Part shown: positions 25,803 to 34,947 of the stretch, one piece after another | How the letters are laid out: the number at the start of each line of letters is the position of its first letter | How positions within the stretch are numbered: the stretch's first letter is position 1 | Origin: a virus | Taxonomy: Duplodnaviria > Caudoviricetes | Strand: one strand, 5' to 3' | IMG/VR virus record: IMGVR_UViG_3300028735_000012 | Coordinates: 1 to 53,831 of that record | DNA: 53,831 nucleotides | Position numbers and translations under genes: made by a program | The notes under the pieces: generated by a model | What the model was told of the DNA's origin: nothing | The model's database searches: none | What the model saw: the letters and a program-made list of their open reading frames with translations, nothing else

Positions 25803-26543
25803 TGGTGCCCCCCAAGAAGAAGATAACGTTTCATCTGTTTGAACTTGAATGTCTTCAAACAAATTAGGCGATTCTGATACTAATGTTTTGTAGATGTGAA
25901 TAGCTAGACGCCGAATCTCCGGATCAGCCTGTTTGCTGCCACGCAACAACAAAAAGTGTCGCCATGCTCGTGCATTGGCCGTAACGAACAGCTTGGTCTC
26001 TGTAGCATTGGGCAAAACGCTTCGAGCAGCTTGCCTTACCGTCTTGATAGATCCTGCCTCAAGTTGGCTTTGAATCATATGTGTCAATTGCACATAGGAA
26101 TCATGAGCATATTGCATTGCTTTGCGCCAGATGCTGAATAGACTTGCATCAGCAGCTATGATCTCCGGCACAACGTACTCTGGGGAGGATTCATCCACAT
26201 ATCTTTGCGAAAGCTGAGAAAAACTCATGTGTCTGTGACGTACAAATTCATGCGACAGACTGCGCGAGATGCCTGTAATTAGCAGACTAAATACAGCATG
26301 CTCTAGCACGCTGCCATGACGAGCTTCAAGAATGTGTTGGATGTAGGATTTGTTTCCTCCTGGTCTAGGCCGAGCGTAGCTCATATAGCAAACCCGGCCA
26401 GCTGTCTCAACTAGCACCTCAGAGCCTACAGAACTGTCAGACTCCCAAGAGACGCCGTGGTCGCTCAGAAAACGATCCAGCTCATCGCTGGATACTGTCT
26501 GATGCCCGACTAGGTACACTTGGGGAGCAGTAATAATGCGCAT
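25800..26543 (-). CDS. thyX: FAD-dependent thymidylate synthase
   Basis: HGSVLEH; RHRHMSFSQLSQRY ThyX motif; ARSVLPNATET. Confidence 0.95.
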   Translation of the reverse strand: MRIITAPQVYLVGHQTVSSDELDRFLSDHGVSWESDSSVGSEVLVETAGRVCYMSYARPRPGGNKSYIQHILEARHGSVLEHAVFSLLITGISRSLSHEFVRHRHMSFSQLSQRYVDESSPEYVVPEIIAADASLFSIWRKAMQYAHDSYVQLTHMIQSQLEAGSIKTVRQAARSVLPNATETKLFVTANARAWRHFLLLRGSKQADPEIRRLAIHIYKTLVSESPNLFEDIQVQTDETLSSSWGAP

Positions 26544-26600
26544 GCTTTAAGCTCCAAATAGGATGTGAGAAAAAAACAAGTGATACGCTTTGTGAACCAG

Positions 26601-26807
26601 TTAGGCGTCAGCAAGGCTTGGCTTTTTTCTCGCGGCGATGGCATCCTCTAAGAGGATCTTTGCCATCTGGGTGACTGTCCGCCTCTCCTGACGTGCCAAT
26701 TCCTCAATGGCGGTTCTCGCCTCTAGTGCGAGGCGAATGGTGATAGCCTTGCCGCGCTGGCCCTGGCAGACGAGAGGCCGACCCCGCTTTTTGGGTTTGT
26801 CGCTCAT
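26601..26807 (-). CDS. Ribbon-helix-helix/Arc-like repressor with KRGRP motif
   Basis: ITIRL...AIEELARQERRTVTQMAKILLEDAI; divergent from the promoter at 26893. Confidence 0.65.
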   Translation of the reverse strand: MSDKPKKRGRPLVCQGQRGKAITIRLALEARTAIEELARQERRTVTQMAKILLEDAIAARKKPSLADA

Positions 26808-26892
26808 GCTTTCTAGCATATCAGTTCCCCTTTATTACTTCTGCCTCTATTATACAGCAGCAGATCACAGAAATAATTTCTGCAATTTTTTG

Positions 26893-26921
26893 TTGACAAT
26901 GCTTGCAAGAATTATTACAAT
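26893..26921 (+). promoter_or_regulatory. Sigma70-type promoter TTGACA-17-TACAAT
   Basis: Direct reading. Confidence 0.75.
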
Positions 26922-26961
26922 AAAGATGCCGAGCGGATGTTTTCCAAGGAGTGCTACCATC

Positions 26962-27204
26962 ATGGCTAAAAATACTGGCTTGCCGGTCGTAGGTGTCAAG
27001 GCGGCAGACCTGGCCATCGGCATGAAGGTCGAATGGCTTTACGAGACCCGCAAGGGCTGGGGCTATCGTTACTGGGTGCCCGCCGAAGTCTTGAAGGTAT
27101 GCCGTTCTCGCATTCGCATCGCTGCTTGCCTTGCTGCGGGCGGCAGCAAAATCATCAATGTGAAGCCAGAAAGTTTGCGTTTTCCCAAGGAGGCAAACAA
27201 ATGA
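26962..27204 (+). CDS. Small hypothetical protein (SH3-like pattern)
   Basis: AAGGAG RBS before ATG 26962. Confidence 0.55.
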   Translation: MAKNTGLPVVGVKAADLAIGMKVEWLYETRKGWGYRYWVPAEVLKVCRSRIRIAACLAAGGSKIINVKPESLRFPKEANK

Positions 27205-27440
27205 CCATCACTACGCGTTCCAAAAAAGAATCACTTGAAGCAGTCCTCTCCCGCATTGCGGGATTCCCCGTCGAGATTACCGTGCGGGGAATGCTGGACT
27301 TTACATTATCCGCCGACGGCCATCAAGATTTCAGCAAGTGCCTTCAGTGGCTTGACATCACGGGCCGGGTAGCAAGCCACGAAACGATTTACGATTCCGA
27401 GTGCAATCTCACTTGTTGCTACATCACTTTCACCGAATAA
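27201..27440 (+). CDS. Small hypothetical protein
   Basis: AAGGAGG RBS, ATGA coupling. Confidence 0.55.
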   Translation: MTITTRSKKESLEAVLSRIAGFPVEITVRGMLDFTLSADGHQDFSKCLQWLDITGRVASHETIYDSECNLTCCYITFTE

Positions 27441-27444
27441 CAAT

Positions 27445-27474
27445 AACGCCCGCCGGAATCTCGGCGGGCGTTTT
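27445..27474 (+). terminator. Intrinsic terminator
   Basis: aacgcccgccg-gaatct-cggcgggcgtt followed by a T-rich tail. Confidence 0.75.
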
Positions 27475-27542
27475 CATTTTTGTCGATCATCTCAACGATT
27501 ACTTCAGTAATAATAGCGTAGACAGTCGACAGGGCACCTGTT

Positions 27543-28301
27543 ATGCTGGTGTCCTATGACAATAAGGAGACACCTGTGATCCGATCGGCCCCGGAGTTGC
27601 TGGCCCGCGCAATGGGTGTATCCTGTGCCGGGCCGCAACGCTGTTATTTGTGTGGTGCCCCATGCGGCATGACACACACACGCGAAAAGTTTATACGCGA
27701 TACGTTTACCGGCGGCGCGACCGTGGCCTATCCCGCCTCGCGTTTTATCTGCGAAGGCTGCGTGCTTTGTCTGCGTGAATCCTGCGAGGTGCCACAATGC
27801 GACGGCACCAACAGGCATATCAATAAAGGAGCAATGCGAATGTGTTCGTGGCTGCTCACAGCTACGAGTGCCACGGCAGCGACCAAGGCGCACACCTCTT
27901 GGATTCGCGAGATGGCCCTGGCAGAACATGCTGCGCCATGGTGCCTGTCCATTGCCATCAGCGGTCAAAAGCACCTACTGTATCGAGGCGTGGTCAATTA
28001 CGATGCCGGCCCGGTGCGTGCTGTGACGCTAGAGGGCGAGCGAATAGACTATTACGTTCAGGATCTGCGCGACATGCTGGCTACAGCCACGGCTATTGTG
28101 GCAGCATGCGGTAAGCCATCCCTGGAAGATGGGCCGACTCCAGCAACGGTGATTCGGATGTTGGAATACTTGCCCCGATCAGGTGAAAAAATTGTCCAGC
28201 GGTGGCAAGCATATCTACAAAGCCAAGCTTCACAGTGGAGCTTGGCCTGTTTTCTTTCCCCTGCAAAAAAGGAGGCATCGCGTGTCGTATCCCCCGAGTG
28301 A
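27543..28301 (+). CDS. csf1: Type IV CRISPR-associated Csf1 (Cas8-like large subunit)
   Basis: CYLCG...ICEGC Zn finger, SGQKHLLY motif; first gene of the csf operon (start may be GTG 27576 after AAGGAG). Confidence 0.7.
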   Translation: MLVSYDNKETPVIRSAPELLARAMGVSCAGPQRCYLCGAPCGMTHTREKFIRDTFTGGATVAYPASRFICEGCVLCLRESCEVPQCDGTNRHINKGAMRMCSWLLTATSATAATKAHTSWIREMALAEHAAPWCLSIAISGQKHLLYRGVVNYDAGPVRAVTLEGERIDYYVQDLRDMLATATAIVAACGKPSLEDGPTPATVIRMLEYLPRSGEKIVQRWQAYLQSQASQWSLACFLSPAKKEASRVVSPE

Positions 28302-28761
28302 CAATGCAAAGCATAGGCTTAGTTGCGAGGATTTTCGGCGCAAGCTCGCCGACCACATTGACACGCAGCGAGTGGTGGAAAGTGTTGGTGAATGCATGAG
28401 TGTGCGTGAGGCATGCCACCGCTGGCTTGCCCTCCTGGCCAAACACTATGGCACTAGCGAAGACCGAACCCAGATGTGGGCACACATCCACAAAGCAGTT
28501 TCAGTAGCCCTAACCCGCGTGCAAGATGCCGATTTGGAACGATTTGCTACGCTGTGTCTAGAAGGCATCCACGCCGACCCAGTGCGAGTGGCCGCATGCG
28601 AAGCGATTAATCAAATGCTCACCACGGAGTTTAGCTCCGATCACCGCGATGCCGCTTGGCGAAACGCCATCATCTCCCGACTTCGCACCCATCTGACGAC
28701 CGATCTGTCCCATGCCCGGCAACGCTGGGCCAAAATCAAGGAAGGGGGCGTAGAGGCATGA
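28282..28761 (+). CDS. Cas11-like small helical subunit (type IV-B)
   Basis: GGAGG RBS before GTG 28282; all-helical pattern; position between csf1 and csf2. Confidence 0.55.
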   Translation: MSYPPSDNAKHRLSCEDFRRKLADHIDTQRVVESVGECMSVREACHRWLALLAKHYGTSEDRTQMWAHIHKAVSVALTRVQDADLERFATLCLEGIHADPVRVAACEAINQMLTTEFSSDHRDAAWRNAIISRLRTHLTTDLSHARQRWAKIKEGGVEA

Positions 28762-29777
28762 GTCAGACTTATCACGTCCGCATCCTGCATGAGGCGATTA
28801 CACCAATCGCCCACATGCGTGGCAACGAAGGCAACGTCAGCGTCATCAACCGACAAGAGGTCATGACCCCAGCTGGACTGGTCAAGATGCCTGTCTTGTC
28901 AGGCAATGCTTTGCGGCATCGAATGATTCGCGAGCCGCTGGCGGAACATCTTGTCGAAGCATGGGGACTCTCAGGGCGCGTGACCTGGGAATGTCTCAAT
29001 TTCCTTTATCACGGTGGCAATCTCACCGGCTCAACAGGCCGCGAGGACACCCAGCGGATCGCGAAATTGTGCCGATTGATCCCATTTGTGCGGCTGTTGG
29101 GCGGCACACTGCCCGATCAGATTCTCTGTGGCTCAGTCTCGGTGAGCGACGGCTTGCTTGTGTGCCGGGAGTTTGCACCAGCCATTCGTGCCCTGTTCCC
29201 GGCGTCGTCAGGTTGGGAAGTGCCCGACGGGCTACGCTGCGGCGAAGACTATCTCGGTCAATACCAGCACACAAGGGGTGACGCAGCTAAAACGCATCCG
29301 CTCCGGGGGCCGAAGGAGCAGGGGGTGGACAGCGACACCAACTTGATGATTTTCTCAGGCGAAACAGTGGTTCGGGGTGCCTTGTTCGCACAGCGAATTT
29401 CGCTGCGCAGTGTGTCAGATCTGGAACTTGGGGCCATGCTATTTGCTCTGCGACAATGGCAGGCGTCAGGAGGCACTGTGGGCGGCCAGTCGTCGCGGGG
29501 CAAAGGCTACCTGCAATCGGCTTGGCATGTAGAGCAAGCCTATGCAGACCATCCTGCCCCGGTGGATGAGGACGCTCCAGTAGCAGCGTATCTGAACCAT
29601 GTAGCCGCATTCAAGGACGAGGGCGTGGCGTTCTTGCTAAGCATTTACGGTGAACCGGGAGCTAAGCCCGCTAAGCCAGTCAAAGAAAACAAGCGTAAGG
29701 CTAAGTCGGCTAAAGAAGTTACACTCGAAGAGCAAGTCGCTACGGAAGGACCAGACAAGTCTGGAGAGGACACATGA
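28758..29777 (+). CDS. csf2: Type IV Cas7-like Csf2
   Basis: TPIAH, PVLSGNALRHRMIR, LYHGG, RLLGG, GGQSSRGKG Gly-loop. Confidence 0.85.
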   Translation: MSQTYHVRILHEAITPIAHMRGNEGNVSVINRQEVMTPAGLVKMPVLSGNALRHRMIREPLAEHLVEAWGLSGRVTWECLNFLYHGGNLTGSTGREDTQRIAKLCRLIPFVRLLGGTLPDQILCGSVSVSDGLLVCREFAPAIRALFPASSGWEVPDGLRCGEDYLGQYQHTRGDAAKTHPLRGPKEQGVDSDTNLMIFSGETVVRGALFAQRISLRSVSDLELGAMLFALRQWQASGGTVGGQSSRGKGYLQSAWHVEQAYADHPAPVDEDAPVAAYLNHVAAFKDEGVAFLLSIYGEPGAKPAKPVKENKRKAKSAKEVTLEEQVATEGPDKSGEDT

Positions 29778-30562
29778 GCATGGAGCCGTTGCGAGTATGC
29801 GCCCATTTGGCCACACCCATCCTTGCTAATCCGCCTAAGCTGGACGCTCTGCTGGAACTGCGCCTGAGTATGCGTATGAAGGAGGAAGCGTACAACATCG
29901 AACGGCCAGGTCGAGAAATTCCCTGGCCGCGATCAGACGAATTGTTGGCGGATTACCTTGCTCGGACGCAAGGCGTATTGCCAGACAAAAAGGCAGTTGC
30001 TTTGTGGGAGCATGCTCGCGATGGTTCTGCGTTCCCTTTGCCTCTAGGTTGGGAGCGAATCGGTCCCTGGCGTTTGCCACGAGTGAGCAATCCTATCTTG
30101 ATCAGCATTGAAGCCGACACGGTTCGCTATGTCGCCAAGCGAATCGGCACTCAGCGGGTCGAGCAAGTGCATCCGGTGGCAAGGGGTGTACTCAACACTA
30201 CGGGAGGTTGGACCAAAAGCTATCGCCTGCCCATGCGCCAGCGAGCAGCACGAGCAGTGGTGTGGTTTGCGTTCGGCCACGGTAGTGCGATCCGTAAGGA
30301 ATTACAGCGCATCGAAGCCTTGGGTAAAAAAACTTCGATCGGTGGCGGGGTAGTTGCCAAGTGGGAAGTTACACCTATCGACCAAGATTACTCTTGGACA
30401 GCCTACAATCTCGAACAAAATGCCCGCGTGCTAATGCGGACGCTCCCCGTGGAAGCACTGGCCACACTGGGTGATTGCATTGGTTGGAAGCGATCTTTTG
30501 GGGCTTGCGTTGCACCCTATTGGCATCCGGATCGATATACCGAAATCATCGAGCCATGTTGA
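29774..30562 (+). CDS. csf3: Type IV Cas5-like Csf3
   Basis: LRVCAHLATP...LDALL; LGKKTSIGGGVVAKW; MRTLP; APYW. Confidence 0.8.
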   Translation: MSMEPLRVCAHLATPILANPPKLDALLELRLSMRMKEEAYNIERPGREIPWPRSDELLADYLARTQGVLPDKKAVALWEHARDGSAFPLPLGWERIGPWRLPRVSNPILISIEADTVRYVAKRIGTQRVEQVHPVARGVLNTTGGWTKSYRLPMRQRAARAVVWFAFGHGSAIRKELQRIEALGKKTSIGGGVVAKWEVTPIDQDYSWTAYNLEQNARVLMRTLPVEALATLGDCIGWKRSFGACVAPYWHPDRYTEIIEPC

Positions 30563-31434
30563 TCCGAATCGGGTATTCGGCGGTCGAAAAAAAGGCAATT
30601 GTGGACGCCTACATTGCGTCTCGTGATGTTTCCACAATTGTTTTGCTCACGCCAAGACTGTTCGATCCCCAATGGGCGAACGCTGACCGAGTGGAATATG
30701 CCGAAATTATTCAATATCGTCACTACTATCGACTGTTGCGAGAGATTGATCAAAGCACACTAGTTGTGATTAACGAATGCTTGCGCACGCAAAACAGGCA
30801 CGACTTGACGTATAACTGTATTCAAAATTTTTTGTTGCAAACAAAACACGTTATTGTTTTTCAGACTTTGCCACTTATTGATCAGTTTGATGATTTTATG
30901 ATTTTGCTTGACTGGGCAACGCGAAGCAAATACAAGCGACAATCGTTTACCGCCAGCATGCTCAACGAAGTAGATTTGCAATGCAAAGCACTGCCAATTG
31001 CGTTTGAACCTATGGTTGTCCCGACCGATGACAGCCTTAAGAATCGCTACGAACAAGTGAAAGAAAGACTTTTTTCTAATCTAGGGACTAAAGATCCGCA
31101 TACTTTGCCTCGCAATTTATATTTGGTAGGCGGCAAGGCGAAACAAGCTCAAGTCCAGCTGTCTCAATGGTATCTGGGCAGAAACAATCGATTCAAATTA
31201 AAAAATCTCCAAACTTACAGCGCTTTGGCGCTGCCGCACGCGCCGTATGTCATCTTTGAGCTGCCCCATCGTTTTATCGACATGGCAGACGCGATTACCC
31301 TTTCCGGCCAAACACGGTTTACTGTTTTGCTGGCCGATCTCAAAGTGGATCATTGGTATTTCAAACGCTATCAACAATGGGCGGAAAGGATTGCCAATGC
31401 TTTCGCAACGTTATACGGGCGAAACGGTTCTTGA
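30556..31434 (+). CDS. Hypothetical protein (degenerate helicase-like) upstream of IbrA-like gene
   Basis: ORF, AT-rich; LVVINECLR resembles a Walker-B remnant. Confidence 0.55.
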   Translation: MLIRIGYSAVEKKAIVDAYIASRDVSTIVLLTPRLFDPQWANADRVEYAEIIQYRHYYRLLREIDQSTLVVINECLRTQNRHDLTYNCIQNFLLQTKHVIVFQTLPLIDQFDDFMILLDWATRSKYKRQSFTASMLNEVDLQCKALPIAFEPMVVPTDDSLKNRYEQVKERLFSNLGTKDPHTLPRNLYLVGGKAKQAQVQLSQWYLGRNNRFKLKNLQTYSALALPHAPYVIFELPHRFIDMADAITLSGQTRFTVLLADLKVDHWYFKRYQQWAERIANAFATLYGRNGS

Positions 31435-32524
31435 GGCGACCAAAAGACGTATTGCCTTTATCTTTGACAATACCTCTGAAGTGATTTGTTCGATCTCTGG
31501 AGGCAAAGATAGCACTGCACTGTGCCATCTTGCTTTGGAAGAGGCAAAGCGAAGAGGCCGCAAGTTGGGGTTATTTTTTCTCGACGAAGAAGCCATGTAT
31601 CAATCCAGCGTAGACATGGCAGATTATTTGATGTCTCTGTATCCTGAAAATGTAAATCGCTTTTGGTTGCAGATTCCTTTTTGCTTAACTAACGCAACCA
31701 GTCTTTCCGAGGGGCAGTTGATTTGCTGGGAACCAGGAAAGCACAAAGAATGGATGCGAACAAAGCGCACCGACAGTATCCATTATCGCATGTGGGATGA
31801 AGCCAGCCAGACTGTCCGAGACAAGCGTAAAGGATTCGGTTTTTACGATGTGATTGACAATTTTGAGCGATGTTTTGTTGGGGCAGTCTTTCTTGTTGGT
31901 CTACGAGCTTCGGGCGAGTCGCCCAATCGGTGGAGAGCCGTAACCAAAAATCCAGTAACCATCGGTGGGCGGCGTATTTTTTGGGCAACCCAAAAAGGAG
32001 CAAATGTTGCAGCATATCCTATTTTTGATTGGAATTATCATGATGTTTGGCGATACATCTATGATGCAAAAATAAAATATTCTCGCATTTATGATCTTAT
32101 GTTTAAAAAAGGCTATCCTATCAACGAAATGCGAGTTTCTAGTTTAATTCACGAAAAAAGTTTTAAGGCACTATGTGATTTGCCGGAGTTTGAACCAAAG
32201 ACTTATGCACGCTTGCTCAAACGTGTAAAAGGTATTGCTTTAGCTCAAGAACAAGGCAAAAGCAACAAACTTTTTCGTGCAAGAAAGCTGCCGAAAAACT
32301 TCAAGACTTGGCGTTCGTATCGTGATTTTTTGCTGTCTACTCATCCAGACACGTCCAAAGTAGAGATCTTTCGGGCAAGATTTTCGCGTCAACTGGACAA
32401 CGAATTTGTGGCTCGTCAGCAGTGTCGTCAGTTGCTTCTCAATGATTACGAAAACAATCTGCCGATTGAAAACAAGCCCGATCCCAGAGACGAGTGGATT
32501 GCCTATTATCGTGAGGTGCTATGA
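31397..32524 (+). CDS. IbrA-like PAPS-reductase-family protein (DUF3440-type)
   Basis: SISGGKDS PP-loop, FLDEE, VGLRASGES..R, YPIFDW...DVW, MRVS. Confidence 0.85.
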   Translation: MLSQRYTGETVLEATKRRIAFIFDNTSEVICSISGGKDSTALCHLALEEAKRRGRKLGLFFLDEEAMYQSSVDMADYLMSLYPENVNRFWLQIPFCLTNATSLSEGQLICWEPGKHKEWMRTKRTDSIHYRMWDEASQTVRDKRKGFGFYDVIDNFERCFVGAVFLVGLRASGESPNRWRAVTKNPVTIGGRRIFWATQKGANVAAYPIFDWNYHDVWRYIYDAKIKYSRIYDLMFKKGYPINEMRVSSLIHEKSFKALCDLPEFEPKTYARLLKRVKGIALAQEQGKSNKLFRARKLPKNFKTWRSYRDFLLSTHPDTSKVEIFRARFSRQLDNEFVARQQCRQLLLNDYENNLPIENKPDPRDEWIAYYREVL

Positions 32525-33036
32525 TGGCAGAGATACGCTTTCCTTGTCTTTCAGTTCGTATGGTGCCACGCGAGAAAGTGATTGCTAACAACTACAATCC
32601 TAATTCGGTGTCACCAGACAAATTGCACCTGCTTCGCCAATCGATTGTAGATAACGGATTTTGCTTTCCTATTGTTGTGATCTACGACGCCGACCGAGAT
32701 TGCTACGTCATCATTGACGGCTTCCATCGCCGCTTGATGTGTGAGCCGGAATGGCTGGATTTGCCCGAAGTTCCTGTGGTGGTTCTTGAGCATGATCTCA
32801 CGCGCCGAATGGCTGCCACGGTGCAATTCAACAAAGCTCGCGGCCACCATCAGGTAGACCTCGATGCGGAAATTGTGCGTTCCCTGATTGAGCAGGGGCT
32901 GACAGACAAAGAAGTAGCCGAGCGGCTGGGAATGGATCTGGACACAGTGCATCGCTACAAGCAAATCACGGGCGTTGCCGCCTTGTTTGCTCGCGCAGAA
33001 TACTCTATGGCCTGGGAGATGGAGGAGTCGGAATGA
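32521..33036 (+). CDS. IbrB-like ParB/Srx-domain protein with C-terminal HTH
   Basis: ANNYNPN, GFCFPIV, IIDGFHR, ATVQFNKARG. Confidence 0.88.
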   Translation: MMAEIRFPCLSVRMVPREKVIANNYNPNSVSPDKLHLLRQSIVDNGFCFPIVVIYDADRDCYVIIDGFHRRLMCEPEWLDLPEVPVVVLEHDLTRRMAATVQFNKARGHHQVDLDAEIVRSLIEQGLTDKEVAERLGMDLDTVHRYKQITGVAALFARAEYSMAWEMEESE

Positions 33037-33683
33037 AATGGGACTACGGCGGCGCGCACGAGCGGCATGACATGAATGGCATCATTGAGCTGCCTAACAA
33101 CTCGCTAGTCCAGGTATTCGATTGGACAACCGGCCCACTGCCTGACTTTATGCGACAAGCAGACACAGTATTTGTTGACCCGCCGTGGAATGCAGGCAAT
33201 GTGCGGACCTTTTACACTAAGGCAGATCTTGCTTCTGGCCGTGTAGACTTCAGGCATTTTCTTGGGCTTCTCTGGGAAAGAATTTTGGAGATCTCTCCAC
33301 AATATCTATTTTTGGAAATGGGTAAAGAGCATCTTGGCGAAATTCTTGTTGAAGCCAAACGCAGATGGAAATATGTTACATTTTACAATTCAACGTACTA
33401 TCATAAAAAACAAAATATTTGCTATGTGATCCATGCAACGAATGACTACGCCAACCGACGATACAAGTGTTTAGAAGGAATGGACGAGCAGCGTATCATT
33501 GAATGGATTTGTCGTCATCATTCATACCAGTGTATTGACGATATTTGCATGGGACAGGGTCTTGTAGGCTGGAATGCTTATCTGGCCGGCAAGCGATTTG
33601 TCGGTACAGAACTCAATCGCAAGCGACTAGCGGTGTTAGTTGAATGCGTCCGTAACCATTACCGTGAAAACGGGTTGCAATGA
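33033..33683 (+). CDS. Methyltransferase-like protein
   Basis: FVDPPW and DICMGQG...FVGTELN motifs. Confidence 0.7.
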   Translation: MKWDYGGAHERHDMNGIIELPNNSLVQVFDWTTGPLPDFMRQADTVFVDPPWNAGNVRTFYTKADLASGRVDFRHFLGLLWERILEISPQYLFLEMGKEHLGEILVEAKRRWKYVTFYNSTYYHKKQNICYVIHATNDYANRRYKCLEGMDEQRIIEWICRHHSYQCIDDICMGQGLVGWNAYLAGKRFVGTELNRKRLAVLVECVRNHYRENGLQ

Positions 33684-34417
33684 TAGTGCTAAGTATTCGC
33701 CATCGGCCAGAGGATTTGGCTTTGTGGCAAGAGTACAAAGAGGCTGACGTTTTGGCTTGCAAGCATCGACTGCTACGCCTAGAGCAAGAAGCTATTGCGG
33801 CCATTCGAGCGTTTGTCCAAAATGGCAAAGCTTACTGTGGGGTATCTTGGGGTAAAGATAGCGTTGCGGTGGCGTATTTGTGCCATCTTGCCGATGTACA
33901 GGCGCCACTGATCCATTTTCGGCCAACCAATCACAATCCTGATTGCGATGCTGTGCGTGACATTTACTTGCGCCAATGGCCAAGCGAATATCATGAAGTG
34001 TATGTAAACTATTCTGACCTGCATTCCAGAAGATTGCCGCATCAGACGCTTGATCAATTGACTGATGAGCGATGGTATGCGGCAATTCGAGAAGTAAATC
34101 GTCACTATGGCGAACGCCACATTTTGGGTATTCGGGCGGATGAGTCGGCAGGACGACGCATTCGCTGTCTGCGATGGGGAGTTAGTAGCCCTAACGGTTG
34201 TGCGCCCATTGCGTTCTGGTCTTGTGCAGATGTGTTTGCTTATTTGTGTTGGCGAAATTTGCCCATCCACCCCGCTTACGCTATGCTGGGTGGCGGACGC
34301 TGGCCACGGGAGAAACTGAGAGTAGCTGAGATTGGCGACACACACGGCACCGGCGGCGGTCGCCGTCAATGGGAAGAGGAATACTATCCCGACGTGTTGC
34401 GACGAATCGAAGCCTGA
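33680..34417 (+). CDS. CysH-like PAPS-reductase-family protein (type IV-B accessory)
   Basis: VSWGKDS, LGIRADES.GR, PIAFW...DVFAY, LPIHPAY. Confidence 0.85.
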   Translation: MIVLSIRHRPEDLALWQEYKEADVLACKHRLLRLEQEAIAAIRAFVQNGKAYCGVSWGKDSVAVAYLCHLADVQAPLIHFRPTNHNPDCDAVRDIYLRQWPSEYHEVYVNYSDLHSRRLPHQTLDQLTDERWYAAIREVNRHYGERHILGIRADESAGRRIRCLRWGVSSPNGCAPIAFWSCADVFAYLCWRNLPIHPAYAMLGGGRWPREKLRVAEIGDTHGTGGGRRQWEEEYYPDVLRRIEA

Positions 34418-34494
34418 CACAGAGCAAAGCGAAACATTGCACCCCCCAACATAACAGACGCATCAACGTAGTTTCTCTTTAAGGGAGAATACGT

Positions 34495-34944
34495 ATGGGA
34501 CGCAAAACCAAACTGAACGAAGAGAAAATCAAAGAGCTGTGTGCGGCGCTGCCGACAGCTTTATACGTCGAAACCGCCGCCAACATGGTGGGTATCCCGC
34601 ATCGGACCTTGCGTCACTGGCTAAAACGCGGTCGCGAAGCGCGAGCCAAAGCCGAACGGGATCACACTCCCATTCCCAAGAGCGAGCAAATTTACGCTTC
34701 GCTCGCAGAAGAGATACGCAAGGCGGTAGCCTCTTCGCAGATCCATGCTTTGCGTTGTGTCCACGAAGCGGCCACGGCGGGCCAATGGCAAGCAGCGGCT
34801 TGGCTCTTGGAGCGGCGATTTCCTAACCTCTTTGGCCGCGACCGTGGCGAAGTGCGAGCACTCAAAAAGCGTATCGAGGAGCTGGAAGCACAACTCGCCG
34901 CCGCCAGCCCGTCGCCCGTGGTGCAAGCCGTCAAAGGGCATTAG
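34495..34944 (+). CDS. Terminase small subunit
   Basis: GRKTKL, HTH, WQAAAWLLERRFP; precedes TerL. Confidence 0.8.
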   Translation: MGRKTKLNEEKIKELCAALPTALYVETAANMVGIPHRTLRHWLKRGREARAKAERDHTPIPKSEQIYASLAEEIRKAVASSQIHALRCVHEAATAGQWQAAAWLLERRFPNLFGRDRGEVRALKKRIEELEAQLAAASPSPVVQAVKGH

Positions 34945-34947
34945 GCA

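Noticed and set aside
32919-32930. First four NN of block 3 (GA CG CT GG) fit the ERLG codons of the IbrB-like gene
   Set aside because: Match stops after four units; expected by chance
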